The position numbers were made by a program, and so were the translations under genes. A DNA stretch of 64,000 nt from Dehalococcoidia bacterium (lineage in GTDB: Bacteria; Chloroflexota; Dehalococcoidia; Lucifugimonadales; SAR202-VII-2): contig CBDDDS010000005.1 of assembly GCA_965226745.1 (NCBI GenBank), positions 18,389 to 82,388 on the forward strand. Direction: 5' to 3'. This document shows, in pieces, positions 37,569 through 47,204 of the stretch. Position 1 is the first letter of the stretch, and every line of letters starts with the position of its first letter. The notes under the pieces are model-generated. The model worked only from the letters and a program-made list of their open reading frames with translations. It was not told where the DNA came from and made no database searches.

Positions 37569-38807
37569 CTACCCGCCCGGCGAAAAGTCCCGCCACGTCT
37601 CCAGCACCGCCCTGATCTCCGCCATGCCGGGACTCTCGCCCGGCTCCGAGAACGGACTGCGCAGAATGCGGTCCCACTGGCCCCAGAACACCGTCTCAAC
37701 CTGAACGTCCAGGGATTCATTGTCGACGGCGTCGCGGATGACGTTCATTGGGTCGCCGCCATCTTCGGCAACGGCCATCTGCTCCTTGAGCAACCGGCGG
37801 TACATGATGATGCCCCTGTCGGATTCCCCCAAGTTCTCCATCGTCCGGTCCATGATCGGCCCTTGAAGCAACGCCACCATGTAGTCCTGGCTGGTCGTAT
37901 GCGTGGTGATGAACTTCCCGTCCTCGTCATAGATCGGCACGTGGCGGTGCGGCGTCACGTCCTGCTTCGGCGCCGTGGCCCCCGGAGCAGGCTTGAAGAT
38001 GCTGTACCAGTAGTGGCGCGTATGGACGTCGTCCACGGGAACACGGATTTGCAGCCCCTCCTTGATCTGGTCCCCAATGTAGAGCGTGTTGGGAAACAGC
38101 ACCGGGTGCCCCGTTCGCCATTCGTCGTCGTCCTCCGTCTGTCCGTCCAGCAGCCGGCGCTTGATGATGCCGTGCCTGAACGGGTCGAACCCAATCCGCT
38201 GATGCTTCCGCGGCTTGTAGCGGTCGTCCTTCACCTGGCTGCCGAAGTACCCGTGAAGCCACTCCACGTGGGTGGGGTCCATGGAGTTCTCCATCAGTTG
38301 CAGCCAGTTGCACGGCAAGTCCGTAATCCCGATGTCCCGTACGTCGTTCGTCCCAAGCAGTGGTCGCCAGCGAGGCAGAAGCGGCGCGGGCTCAGGGCCA
38401 ATGTAGCCCCACACAAGCCCGCCGAACTCCTGCACCGGGTGGCCCGTGTTGTCGAATTCGCGGCTGGGCGGCCCGGCGTCGCTCTCCAACGGCCGGTCCA
38501 CGCACCGGCCCTCCGCCGTGAACTTCCAGCCGTCTATAATGCAGCGTATGCCGCCCTCCTCCACGAACCCTCGCACCAAGTCCATGCCGCGGTGGGTGCA
38601 GTACCGGCCCAGAAGCCCCAGCTTGCCGGAAGGCTCCTGGAAAAGGACGAAATCCTCCCCCAGCAGGCGCACGGGCAGCGTTCGGGACTCCCTGTTCAGA
38701 ATCTCGCCGTAGGCGGCAATGGGGAACCAGTAGCAGCGCATCAGGCCGCCCATCGGGGTTCCCGGCCCCACCTCTGTCAGCAGCTTGTTTTCCTCAGCGT
38801 TCAACAT
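37569..38807 (-). CDS. Rieske-type non-heme iron oxygenase alpha-subunit-like protein with an atypical Rieske motif
   Basis: Start moved to MLNAEENKLLTEVGPGTPMG. The Rieske region is CTHRG-x15-CIIDGW, where the expected second His is Asp. The mononuclear-iron motif DPTHVEWLH is present. Confidence 0.8.
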   Translation of the reverse strand: MLNAEENKLLTEVGPGTPMGGLMRCYWFPIAAYGEILNRESRTLPVRLLGEDFVLFQEPSGKLGLLGRYCTHRGMDLVRGFVEEGGIRCIIDGWKFTAEGRCVDRPLESDAGPPSREFDNTGHPVQEFGGLVWGYIGPEPAPLLPRWRPLLGTNDVRDIGITDLPCNWLQLMENSMDPTHVEWLHGYFGSQVKDDRYKPRKHQRIGFDPFRHGIIKRRLLDGQTEDDDEWRTGHPVLFPNTLYIGDQIKEGLQIRVPVDDVHTRHYWYSIFKPAPGATAPKQDVTPHRHVPIYDEDGKFITTHTTSQDYMVALLQGPIMDRTMENLGESDRGIIMYRRLLKEQMAVAEDGGDPMNVIRDAVDNESLDVQVETVFWGQWDRILRSPFSEPGESPGMAEIRAVLETWRDFSPGG

Positions 38808-38973
38808 GATCAATTCCTTTGCCTTCCGGCCCTCGGTTGGAGGAAGCGGCCAGGCCATTGTAGCAAAGAAGGGACGGGAAGCCAGTGCTTCCGCCTGCCA
38901 TGGCCCGGCATCGGCTGCTCTTTTGGTATGCTATCCTGAGCCTGACATACCCAACACTCCCACAAGCGAGCCC

Positions 38974-40827
38974 ATGTACGTCGTTGGCACGGCAGGCCAC
39001 GTCGACCACGGAAAATCCACGCTCGTCAAAGCCCTCACCGGGATGGACCCCGACCGCCTTCAGGAAGAGAAGCAGCGCGGCCTCACCATAGACCTCGGCT
39101 TCGCCTGGCTCGAGCTTCCATCCGGCCGCGAGATCAGCCTCGTTGACGTCCCCGGCCACGAGCGGTTCATCAAGAACATGCTCGCCGGCGTTGGCGGCAT
39201 AGACCTCGCCCTCCTCGTCATAGCCGCCGACGAATCGGTCATGCCCCAAACCAGGGAACACCTGGCCATCCTCGACCTCCTCCAGGTGCGACGCGGGTTG
39301 GCCGTCGTCACCAAGCGAGACCTCGTCGACGACGAGATCCGCGACCTCGTTATCGAAGAGGTCGCCGACGTTCTGCGCGGCACCGCCCTGCAGGGCATTC
39401 CCATCCTCGCCGCGTCCGCAGTGACCGGCGAGGGCATCCCCGAGCTGCTCAAAACCCTGGACGAGCTTCTGGAGGAAACCCCGGTGCGGGCAGACAGGGG
39501 CCGGCCCCGCCTGCCGGTGGACCGCTCCTTTACCATGACCGGCTTTGGCGCCGTCGTCACTGGAACCCTGATCGACGGCTCTCTCTCCGTAGGCCAGGAG
39601 GTCGAGGTGGCCCCCAAGGGCCTCACCGGGCGCATCAGAGGCATCCAGACCCACAAGAAGAAAGTCGACGCCATCCAGCCCGGCAACCGCGCCGCCATCA
39701 ACCTCTCCGGCCTCTCCCACGACGACCTCGAACGCGGCGACGTCCTGGCGCTCCCCCGCCACCTCAAGCCCTCAACCGCCATCGACGTCCGGCTCAGGCT
39801 CATTCCCAGGGCGCCCCACGGACTGCGCCACAACGTCGGCGTTACGTTCCACACCGGCAGTAGCGAGAGCCCCGCCCGCGTGCGCCTGCTGGAGCGGGAT
39901 GCCGTTGAACCCGGCGAGGAAACCTGGGCTCAGATCAAGCTGGAGCACCCAACCCCCGTTCTGCGGGGCGACTTCTTCGTCATCCGCTCCGCAGACGCCA
40001 CGCTCGGCGGCGGGACCGTGACCGAGCCGCACGCCAAGCGCCGCCGACGCTTCCATCCCCCCACCCTCCGCCGCCTGGAGATCCTCGCCAACGGGACCCC
40101 GCGAGACCTTGTGCTCCAGGCCCTCGAAACCAGCCAGCCCAGCAGCCTCAAATCCCTGGCGCCCGCCGCCAACCTCTCCCTCGAAGAGGCCCGGCGCGAG
40201 ATCGACGGCCTTGTGAACGACGGCTCGATGGTTGCCCTTGGCGACCCTCCCAACGCCGTCTACTACACCTCCCCGGGCTGGCAGTCCCTCGCAGCCAAGG
40301 CCGCTAGCGCCCTCGCCGAGTTTCACCGGGAGCACCCCGTCCGCAGGGGCCTGCCCAAGGAGGAGCTCCGCAGCCGCCTCGCCCTCACCTCCGCCACGTT
40401 TGCCCAAGCCCTGGCCCTCCTTGGCGCCGAGGCCCAACTGGCCGAAGACGGCGCCCTGGTAAAGCTGGCCTCCCATCAGGTCCGGGTCAACCCGGAGGAC
40501 CGCCAACGCATGGAGCGGTTCGTCAAAGAGCTCCAGGCCGCGCCATTTGCTCCGGCGCCCCAAACGGCCCTGGACGCCGACCTCCTCAACGTCCTCGTGG
40601 ACGAGGGTACAATAGTCCGCGCGTCGGACCAGGTCGCCTTTGACGCCGTCGCCTTCCAGGAAATGGTCAACCTCGTGGTCGGGCGCACGAGGGAGCAGGG
40701 CAGCATCACGGTGGCCCAGGCGCGCGACCTCCTCGGCGCCAGCCGCAAATACGTCCTCGCTCTGCTGGAATATCTCGACGAGCAGCGAATCACCCGCCGC
40801 AACGGCGACGAACGGATTTTGAGATAG
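38974..40827 (+). CDS. selB: selenocysteine-specific translation elongation factor SelB
   Basis: Start at [46 protein letters not shown] (G1-G2 motifs). DVPGHERF and TKRD are present. The C-terminal winged-helix region ...[27 protein letters not shown] is typical of the SECIS-binding domain. Confidence 0.9.
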   Translation: MYVVGTAGHVDHGKSTLVKALTGMDPDRLQEEKQRGLTIDLGFAWLELPSGREISLVDVPGHERFIKNMLAGVGGIDLALLVIAADESVMPQTREHLAILDLLQVRRGLAVVTKRDLVDDEIRDLVIEEVADVLRGTALQGIPILAASAVTGEGIPELLKTLDELLEETPVRADRGRPRLPVDRSFTMTGFGAVVTGTLIDGSLSVGQEVEVAPKGLTGRIRGIQTHKKKVDAIQPGNRAAINLSGLSHDDLERGDVLALPRHLKPSTAIDVRLRLIPRAPHGLRHNVGVTFHTGSSESPARVRLLERDAVEPGEETWAQIKLEHPTPVLRGDFFVIRSADATLGGGTVTEPHAKRRRRFHPPTLRRLEILANGTPRDLVLQALETSQPSSLKSLAPAANLSLEEARREIDGLVNDGSMVALGDPPNAVYYTSPGWQSLAAKAASALAEFHREHPVRRGLPKEELRSRLALTSATFAQALALLGAEAQLAEDGALVKLASHQVRVNPEDRQRMERFVKELQAAPFAPAPQTALDADLLNVLVDEGTIVRASDQVAFDAVAFQEMVNLVVGRTREQGSITVAQARDLLGASRKYVLALLEYLDEQRITRRNGDERILR

Positions 40828-40829
40828 CC

Positions 40830-42002
40830 GTGGCCCTCGACTTCCTCAAGGTCGCCTCCCAAGTCGAGGCCATGGCCGATCAGGTTGTGGCCCGCGCCCC
40901 CCAATGGGGCCAACAGCTTGACCGCGCCATCCAGGAGTTGCGCCAAACGGAATACATAGCCCTGGAGAGCAAACGACGCCGGGCCAAGACAACGTTCCTC
41001 GTGCCGGGCATCACCGGCCCGCTGTCGCTGCAGGTCCCCTGCCCACCCCTGCCCCCGGATTTCGCCGCCCTCGCCGCCGACGGCTCACACATCGACGTCA
41101 GCCGCCACGCCGCCGCCCGCTACTTCCTGATAAACATCGGCGGCGTGGAGCTTCGCTACGGCTCGGCCCCCGGCGCCCGGCTGGAGAGCCACCCCCGCCT
41201 CTACACCGACCCTGAAGACATGGCCGTCACCGACCCCCTCGATGGCCTGCGCCCCCAGCTCATCCAGGGGCAGTTGCTGGGGCTCATGCGGGGCATCCAG
41301 GAGCTCCAAGCCCTCGCCGCACTCGCCCTCGTGGACGGCTCGTTGATTCTGCTGAGTCTCCTCGGGCAAACCTTTCCCGACTACGTCAAACGCAAGCTGT
41401 TGCAGGAGCAGTTCTTGCCCGCTCTGGCCCAGCTCCGGTCGCTGGCCGAAAGAAGGCCCCTGGCCGTCGCCGGCTACATCAGCCTTCCCAACAGCGCCGA
41501 GGTCGTCAATGCCCTGCGGGTCTCCCTCTGCCCCTATGACCCCCCCAACTGCGACGCCCATTGCCGCGCCATCCGCCCGGGTGACCGCCCCTGCGATCCC
41601 GTCGACGGCCTGCGCGACAGGGAAGTCCTGGCGCGCCACCTCGCTGAGGGCGAGCGCTCCGGCGTCTTTTCCAGCCAGTCCTCGGTCGTCCAGGACTGGT
41701 ACGGGGAGCACGAGGTGTGCTTCTTCTACGTCAACGCCGGCAACGAGATTGGCCGCGTAGAAGTCCCCGCCTGGGTCGCCCACGAGGAAGACCTCCTCTC
41801 GCTCACCCACGCCCTCGTGGTCGATCAGAGCAGACGGGGCCTTGGCTACCCCGCCGCCCTCTCCGAGGCTCACGAGCAGGCCGTAGTTACGGGCCGCGAC
41901 CGCCAGGAGTTCGCCCGGCTGGTGGAGGAGTCGCTCCAACGGCGGGGGCTTGCGCCCTCCACTTCGGAGAAAGACGCGTCGAAGAGGCTCAAGTGGCTAT
42001 GA
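40830..42002 (+). CDS. nurA: NurA-domain 5'-3' nuclease
   Basis: The GTG start lies 2 nt after the selB stop. ...ALAADGSHIDVSRH..., ...LALVDGSLILLSL... and the length of about 390 aa match the NurA pattern. Confidence 0.75.
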   Translation: MALDFLKVASQVEAMADQVVARAPQWGQQLDRAIQELRQTEYIALESKRRRAKTTFLVPGITGPLSLQVPCPPLPPDFAALAADGSHIDVSRHAAARYFLINIGGVELRYGSAPGARLESHPRLYTDPEDMAVTDPLDGLRPQLIQGQLLGLMRGIQELQALAALALVDGSLILLSLLGQTFPDYVKRKLLQEQFLPALAQLRSLAERRPLAVAGYISLPNSAEVVNALRVSLCPYDPPNCDAHCRAIRPGDRPCDPVDGLRDREVLARHLAEGERSGVFSSQSSVVQDWYGEHEVCFFYVNAGNEIGRVEVPAWVAHEEDLLSLTHALVVDQSRRGLGYPAALSEAHEQAVVTGRDRQEFARLVEESLQRRGLAPSTSEKDASKRLKWL

Positions 42003-42580
42003 ACATGGGCCTCCGCGTCGGCGAAGTCATCGAGGCGTCCACGGATGCGTTCACTGCTCAGGCGTACCGCCTCTACGAAGCGCCCCCCCTCGGCACCCTC
42101 GTCCGCGCCGGCAGCGATCCGCCGGTCTACGGCGTCGTCTGCTACACCACCACCCGCGGCATCGACCCCGGCCGGCGCCCCATCGCCAGAGGCGAACACC
42201 TCCCCGACGAGGCGGCGGTCTACCAGGACAACCCCCAGCTCGAGCACCTGCTGAAGACCGAGTTCAACGTCGTCATCATCGGGCACCGCGAGCAAGACGT
42301 CATCCGGCATTACCTGCCGCCGCAGCCGCCCCGTATCCACGCCTTCGTCCACAGGTGCTCCCCGCAGGAAGGGCGCGACGTCACCGGGAACCTGGGCTTC
42401 CTGGAGCTGCTCCTGAACTCCCGCGCCTCCTCCGACGACGCGCTGGCCGCCCTCGTCCGCGAGGCCGCCCGCTGCCACGACGACCCTCAGGCCTTCCTCG
42501 TGCGCGCCGGCAAGGAGCTGGTGGTACTGCTCCAGGGCCAGGGCATCAGGCTCAACGGCCTCCTCCGGAGACTGGCGTGA
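41999..42580 (+). CDS. hypothetical protein, possible stand-alone HAS-barrel-like protein
   Basis: The ATG overlaps the nurA stop as ATGA. The pattern LRVGEVIEASTDAFTAQ...PLGTLVRAG...VYGVVCYTTT...FNVVIIGH...PPQPPRIHAFVHRCSPQE resembles the N-terminal barrel of HerA. No family confidently recognised. Confidence 0.55.
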   Translation: MNMGLRVGEVIEASTDAFTAQAYRLYEAPPLGTLVRAGSDPPVYGVVCYTTTRGIDPGRRPIARGEHLPDEAAVYQDNPQLEHLLKTEFNVVIIGHREQDVIRHYLPPQPPRIHAFVHRCSPQEGRDVTGNLGFLELLLNSRASSDDALAALVREAARCHDDPQAFLVRAGKELVVLLQGQGIRLNGLLRRLA

Positions 42581-42659
42581 CCCCGCCGTTGCTCAGGACG
42601 CCACGGCGGGTCGGATGGCAACCTCCCCCCGCTGGAGGCCGCGTGAACCAGGAGGGCCA

Positions 42660-44318
42660 ATGAATCAAATCAATCAATGGGATGGCAACCAGGCCCGCCC
42701 CCTCGGCGTCGTGGTCGCCGGCGCCCTTTCCCAGGGCGTCGAGGTCAAGCTCGACCCCGATACCTCCGTGGAGGCCATCAAAGCGGGGACCTTCGTCACC
42801 ATCCAGGGCGCTCAGCACCGCTACTTCGGCCTTGTCACCGACGTAACGTTGCAATCCCTCGACCAGCGTATGCAGATGTCCCCGCCCGACCTGTCCAACC
42901 CCCTCATTGCGCAGGTCATGCAGGGCGCCGGCTTCTTCGGCGTCATGTCCGTCAGGCCGGAGGTCACCATCACCGGCGACGCCTCCTCCATGCTGGACGG
43001 CCCCCAGCCGGCCAAATCAGTCCCCTCCCACTTCTCCCGCGTGTTCACGGCCTCCGAGCAGGACATCGCCCTCGTATTCGGAGAGGAGGACGAGAAGCAC
43101 TTTCACATCGGCACGCCGCTGGACATGGAGACCAAGGTCTGCCTGGACCTGGAGGCCTTTTCCCAGCGCAGCAACGGCATCTTCGGCAAGAGCGGCGCCG
43201 GCAAGAGCTTCCTCACCCGCCTCATCCTCGTGGGCCTCATACAGAGCAACGTTGCCTCCACCCTCGTCTTCGACATGCACGGCGAGTACGGCTGGGAAGC
43301 GCGCGACCCCGAACGCGGCCGCACCGTCAAGGGCCTCAAGCAGCTCTTCCCGTCCAACGTCGCCGTGTTCTCCCTCGACGAGGAAAACGCCCGCCGCCGC
43401 AACCTCTCCCCCGACCACCTCGTCCGCATAGGCTACGGCGAGATCGAACCGGAGGACATCGAGCTGTTGGCGGGCACACTCAACCTCACCCCAATCCAGA
43501 CGCAGGTCGTGCCCCAGATAGCCCGCCACTTCAACCGCAACTGGCTGAAGGGCTTTCTGGACTTGCCCCGCGACGGACTCTCCGAGCTGGCGACGCAACT
43601 GAACGCCCACGAAGGAACCCTGGGGGCGCTGCGCCGCAAGCTGGCGACCCTGGAGCACATGCAATTCCTCACCGCGTCGGACGCCGGCGGCGAGGAGGCC
43701 ATGCGCCGCATCCTCGAGTACCTCGACCGCGGCATGCACGTCGTGCTGGAGTTCGGGCGCTACGGCAGGGACATCACCGCCTACGTCCTCGTGGCCAACC
43801 TCCTCTCCCGCCGCATCCACGAACGCTACGTCCGCCGCACCGAGGAGTTCATGGGGCGCGCCGGCCAGATGCCCCAACCCCTGGTCATCGTCATCGAGGA
43901 GGCCCACCGCTTCCTCAACCCCGGCATCGCCCAGCAGACCATCTTCGGCAACATTGCGCGGGAGATGCGCAAGTACAACGTGACCCTTCTCGTCGTCGAC
44001 CAACGCCCAAGCGGCATCGACGACGAGGTCATGAGCCAGATCGGCACCAAGATATGCTGCCTCCTCGACAACGATCGCGACGTCGACGCCGTCCTGACCG
44101 GCGTTTCAGGAGGGCGCGAGCTGCGGCGCGTGCTCTCCAGGCTGGAAAGCAAGCAGCAGGCGCTCATCTTCGGGCACGCCCTGCCTCTGCCGTTGGTGGT
44201 GCAGACCAGGGAGTACGGCTCCGCCGATTCCTACGCCCAGCTCCAGGGCTTCCGCCATCAGAGAGACCTTGCCCAGCAAATGGACCGGGACGCCGACGAC
44301 CTCTTCGGAGAGCGCTGA
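42660..44318 (+). CDS. herA: HerA/FtsK-superfamily ATPase (HerA-like)
   Basis: Start moved to the ATG at 42660 after AGGAGGG. N-terminal barrel (PLGVVVAGALSQGVEVKL...GTFVTIQG...YFGLVTDV), Walker A GKSGAGKSF, Walker B LVIVIEEAHRF, and LLVVDQRPS. Confidence 0.8.
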   Translation: MNQINQWDGNQARPLGVVVAGALSQGVEVKLDPDTSVEAIKAGTFVTIQGAQHRYFGLVTDVTLQSLDQRMQMSPPDLSNPLIAQVMQGAGFFGVMSVRPEVTITGDASSMLDGPQPAKSVPSHFSRVFTASEQDIALVFGEEDEKHFHIGTPLDMETKVCLDLEAFSQRSNGIFGKSGAGKSFLTRLILVGLIQSNVASTLVFDMHGEYGWEARDPERGRTVKGLKQLFPSNVAVFSLDEENARRRNLSPDHLVRIGYGEIEPEDIELLAGTLNLTPIQTQVVPQIARHFNRNWLKGFLDLPRDGLSELATQLNAHEGTLGALRRKLATLEHMQFLTASDAGGEEAMRRILEYLDRGMHVVLEFGRYGRDITAYVLVANLLSRRIHERYVRRTEEFMGRAGQMPQPLVIVIEEAHRFLNPGIAQQTIFGNIAREMRKYNVTLLVVDQRPSGIDDEVMSQIGTKICCLLDNDRDVDAVLTGVSGGRELRRVLSRLESKQQALIFGHALPLPLVVQTREYGSADSYAQLQGFRHQRDLAQQMDRDADDLFGER

Positions 44319-44384
44319 AGCCCCGTCCCTGCCTGGTCGTACTCCCCCCAGGTGCGTCGCTACTACAGGCACCGAACAGAGAAG

Positions 44385-44425
44385 TCCCACCCCTGCCCCC
44401 TAGTACGGGGAAGGTTAGGATGGGG
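44385..44425 (-). repeat. REP-like intergenic repeat, inverted orientation
   Basis: GTCCCACCCCTGCCCCCTAGTACGGGGAAGGTTAGGATGGGGG is the reverse complement of a variant of the CCTAACCTTCCCC..GGGGGCAGGG unit. Confidence 0.7.
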
Positions 44426-44573
44426 GTCCCTCCCCTGCAATGCAGCAAGCCTCGGATGGCTGTAATCCCCGCCAGCGCGATCGCCTAGGAGCAAAGGGTT
44501 GCCAAGGTGAAAGCCAGTCGCTACATTCGGCGGCCATAGTGTCCATTACATTGGGAACGAGGAAAGGTAGGTA

Positions 44574-46130
44574 GTGGAAGGCAACGCCCGAATTTGGATT
44601 CTCTTCGTCTTTATCGTCTATTTTATCGTGCTTATTGGCATTGCCCTTTTTCGCCGCCGCCAGATGGATGACATGTCCGACTATGTACTGGTGGGGCGGA
44701 AGATGGGCGTCTTTACCTCCGCCCTGAGCGCCGGCTCCTCGACGGCTAGCGGGTGGACGATGCTGGTCTTCCCAGCCTTGGCCTTTGCCGCCGGATTGAT
44801 GCACCTCTGGACGGTCGTAGCCCTCGTCCTGGGTAGCTGGCTCTCCTGGACCATACTGGCCCGCCGGCTGCGCCGCTACACCATCGCCACCGATAACTCC
44901 CTGACGCTGCCGGAGTTCTTCGAGAAGCGCTTTGGAGACAAGACCGGCGCGCTGCGTACTCTGACCGCGGCCATCAGCCTGTATTTCATCACCCTGTACG
45001 TTTGCTCCGGCTTGATTGCCGGGGCCAAGTTGCTGGAAGTAGTTTTCGACCCGGACCACTCCGGCGCCGGCCATGACCTGGGTGTGCTGATAACCCTGGT
45101 CGCTATAGTGTCCTACACCTTCATTGGAGGCTTTCTAGCCGTATCGCGCACCGACGTCTTCCAGGCGCTGATAATGCTGGCCGGCTTCATCATCATCCCC
45201 GTAACCCTGATTGCGACCGTCAGCAATCCCTTTCATGGTCTGGAATCGACCGCCTCCGGGTTCTGGAACCCCTTTACCGATGCCAGCAACGAGGCCTTGG
45301 GCGTGATGTTCTTTCTCTCGTCCATCGGCTGGGGGCTGGGCGCCTTCGGCGCCCAGCGAATGCTTTCCCGGTTTATGGCGGTGGAACGGGAACGGAACCT
45401 GAACCGGAGTCGCGACATTGGCGCGTTCTGGGCAATGCTCATCTTTGGCTTTGCGCTGCTTATGGGATTGGTGGCGGCGCCGGCCTTGGCGGACCGGGGT
45501 GTAGCGCTGCCCGATGCGGAGAGGCTGTACCTGGTTGTCGCCAACGTCTTCTTTCATCCGGTGGTTTCCGGCCTGCTGCTCACTGCCGTTATTGCGGCGG
45601 TAATGAGCACTGCCGACTCCCAATTGCTGCTCGCATCGGCAGTGGCAACCTACGATGCGCCCTTCAACAAGAAGCTGACCTACTCAATGCGCGCCCAGTC
45701 CCGGGTGTGGATGAGCCGGGCAATGCTGCTCCTCATCGGCGTAATCGCCGCCATAATTTCCATCATCTCCCCGGAGTCGGTATTCGCTATGGTGTCGCTT
45801 GCCTGGGGCGGCATGGGCGCGGCCTTCGGTCCGGCGCTGATTTTGGCCCTCTACTGGCGCCGCTTCAATGCCTGGGGGGCGCTGGCCGGGGTTGTGTCCG
45901 GCGCCCTGGTTTCCACCGCGTGGTGGCTGATGGGACTAGGCTACGAAGGAGCCAACCTGTTGACCGACCTCTTGGGGTTCAGCGCAACGGTCTCTTATCT
46001 GAATGAGATCGGAATCTGGAACATCAACCCGGCTACGACCGGCTTCGTAGCGGCGACCCTGTTCGCCGTAGTGGCCACCCTGCTGACGCCTGCGCCGGCC
46101 CGGAGGTGGAGGAATTGTTTGACCGGGTGA
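44574..46130 (+). CDS. sodium:solute symporter family transporter (PutP-like)
   Basis: GTG start. ...DYVLVGRKMGVFTSALSAGSSTASGWTMLVFPALAF... closely follows the SSS/PutP N-terminal signature. About 13 TM segments. Confidence 0.85.
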   Translation: MEGNARIWILFVFIVYFIVLIGIALFRRRQMDDMSDYVLVGRKMGVFTSALSAGSSTASGWTMLVFPALAFAAGLMHLWTVVALVLGSWLSWTILARRLRRYTIATDNSLTLPEFFEKRFGDKTGALRTLTAAISLYFITLYVCSGLIAGAKLLEVVFDPDHSGAGHDLGVLITLVAIVSYTFIGGFLAVSRTDVFQALIMLAGFIIIPVTLIATVSNPFHGLESTASGFWNPFTDASNEALGVMFFLSSIGWGLGAFGAQRMLSRFMAVERERNLNRSRDIGAFWAMLIFGFALLMGLVAAPALADRGVALPDAERLYLVVANVFFHPVVSGLLLTAVIAAVMSTADSQLLLASAVATYDAPFNKKLTYSMRAQSRVWMSRAMLLLIGVIAAIISIISPESVFAMVSLAWGGMGAAFGPALILALYWRRFNAWGALAGVVSGALVSTAWWLMGLGYEGANLLTDLLGFSATVSYLNEIGIWNINPATTGFVAATLFAVVATLLTPAPARRWRNCLTG

Positions 46131-46160
46131 CCGGCCCCGCTGCCGCTTAGGGGGAATCCT

Positions 46161-46186
46161 CACGTCCCTGCCCCCACGAAGGGTAG
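46161..46186 (-). repeat. REP-like intergenic repeat, truncated copy
   Basis: CACGTCCCTGCCCCCACGAAGGGTAG contains the GTCCCTGCCCCC block and a shortened partner arm. Confidence 0.45.
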
Positions 46187-46192
46187 ATGTGG

Positions 46193-47149
46193 TCACAGCC
46201 CCTTCCCCACCTCCGCCAGCAAACGGACCGTTCGGTCCCACGACGCGTCGGGGTCCGGCCCCACCGGGATGATGTCGGCAATCACCTCGCCCATGCCCCA
46301 ATCGAAAAGCTCCTTCACCCGCAGCGCCACGTCCTCCTCCCCTCCGGAGATGGCCAGCGCGTCCAACATAGCGTCGGTCCACTGCCCCGTCTGCTCCGCC
46401 TCCGGAAAGCCCGCCTCTGCGAGCATCCGGGCGTAGAAGGGCCGCGTCGGATAGTGGGCCAGGTACTCGCGCACGACCCGGCGGACTTCCTCCCGGTCCT
46501 CGTGCACCACCACCGGCATGTGGGCCACCAGAGGCGGCGCCTCCCTGCCCGCCTTCTCCGCGCCTCGCCGCATCGCCGGCAACGACTCGTCGCGCAGGTA
46601 TTCGTAGGGGCTCACCCAACTAATGGCGCCGTCGGTCAGCTCTCCTGACAGCGCATAGGAGCCCGGCCTCAACGCCGAAATCATGATGCCGATGTCCGGC
46701 GCCGGGGCTTCCAGCGCCCCGTGCGCGTGATAGAACTCCCCGGAGAAATCTACCTCTCCCTCCGTCACCGCCGTCCGCATGATCTGGACGTACTCCCGCA
46801 GGCGCGACAGCGGCTTCACCCACTCGTAGTGGTACACCGACTCCACACTGGGCTGGTGGCTTGGCCCAAGTCCGATGCGGAACCTCCCGGGCGCCAGGTT
46901 CGCAATTGCAATTGACTGCTGCACGGCCACCAGAGGATGCCTGGGGTAAATGGGCGTAATGGCCGTGCCCAGCATGATGGACTCCGTCCGGGCCGCCGCA
47001 GCCGCCAACACCGTGAGGCCGTCGGGCCGCATCCCCCCCGTCGTCAGCCAGGCCGCCTGGATGCCCGCCTGTTCTAGGGCCTCCACACGAGCCACCATCT
47101 CCTTCGTATCGCCTCGCATGGCTGCAACGCCGACGCGCTTTGGGTACAT
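46193..47149 (-). CDS. LLM-class (probably F420-dependent) oxidoreductase
   Basis: ...EALEQAGIQAAWLTTGGMRPDGLTVLAAAAARTESIMLGTAITPIYPRHPLVAVQQSIAIANLAPGRFRIGLGPSH... is typical of LLM F420-type reductases. Confidence 0.8.
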   Translation of the reverse strand: MYPKRVGVAAMRGDTKEMVARVEALEQAGIQAAWLTTGGMRPDGLTVLAAAAARTESIMLGTAITPIYPRHPLVAVQQSIAIANLAPGRFRIGLGPSHQPSVESVYHYEWVKPLSRLREYVQIMRTAVTEGEVDFSGEFYHAHGALEAPAPDIGIMISALRPGSYALSGELTDGAISWVSPYEYLRDESLPAMRRGAEKAGREAPPLVAHMPVVVHEDREEVRRVVREYLAHYPTRPFYARMLAEAGFPEAEQTGQWTDAMLDALAISGGEEDVALRVKELFDWGMGEVIADIIPVGPDPDASWDRTVRLLAEVGKGL

Positions 47150-47204
47150 CGATTCCCCCTTGATTTGGGTTCTTGACTTGGGTTGCTGGCCAAACCTGCG
47201 CTTC

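Noticed and set aside
38808-38973. tRNA-Sec (selC) or a regulatory RNA upstream of selB.
   Set aside because: Only a simple hairpin, GGAAGC-CAGT-GCTTCC (38877-38892), is present. There is no cloverleaf, no T-loop GTTCRA motif and no TCA anticodon context.
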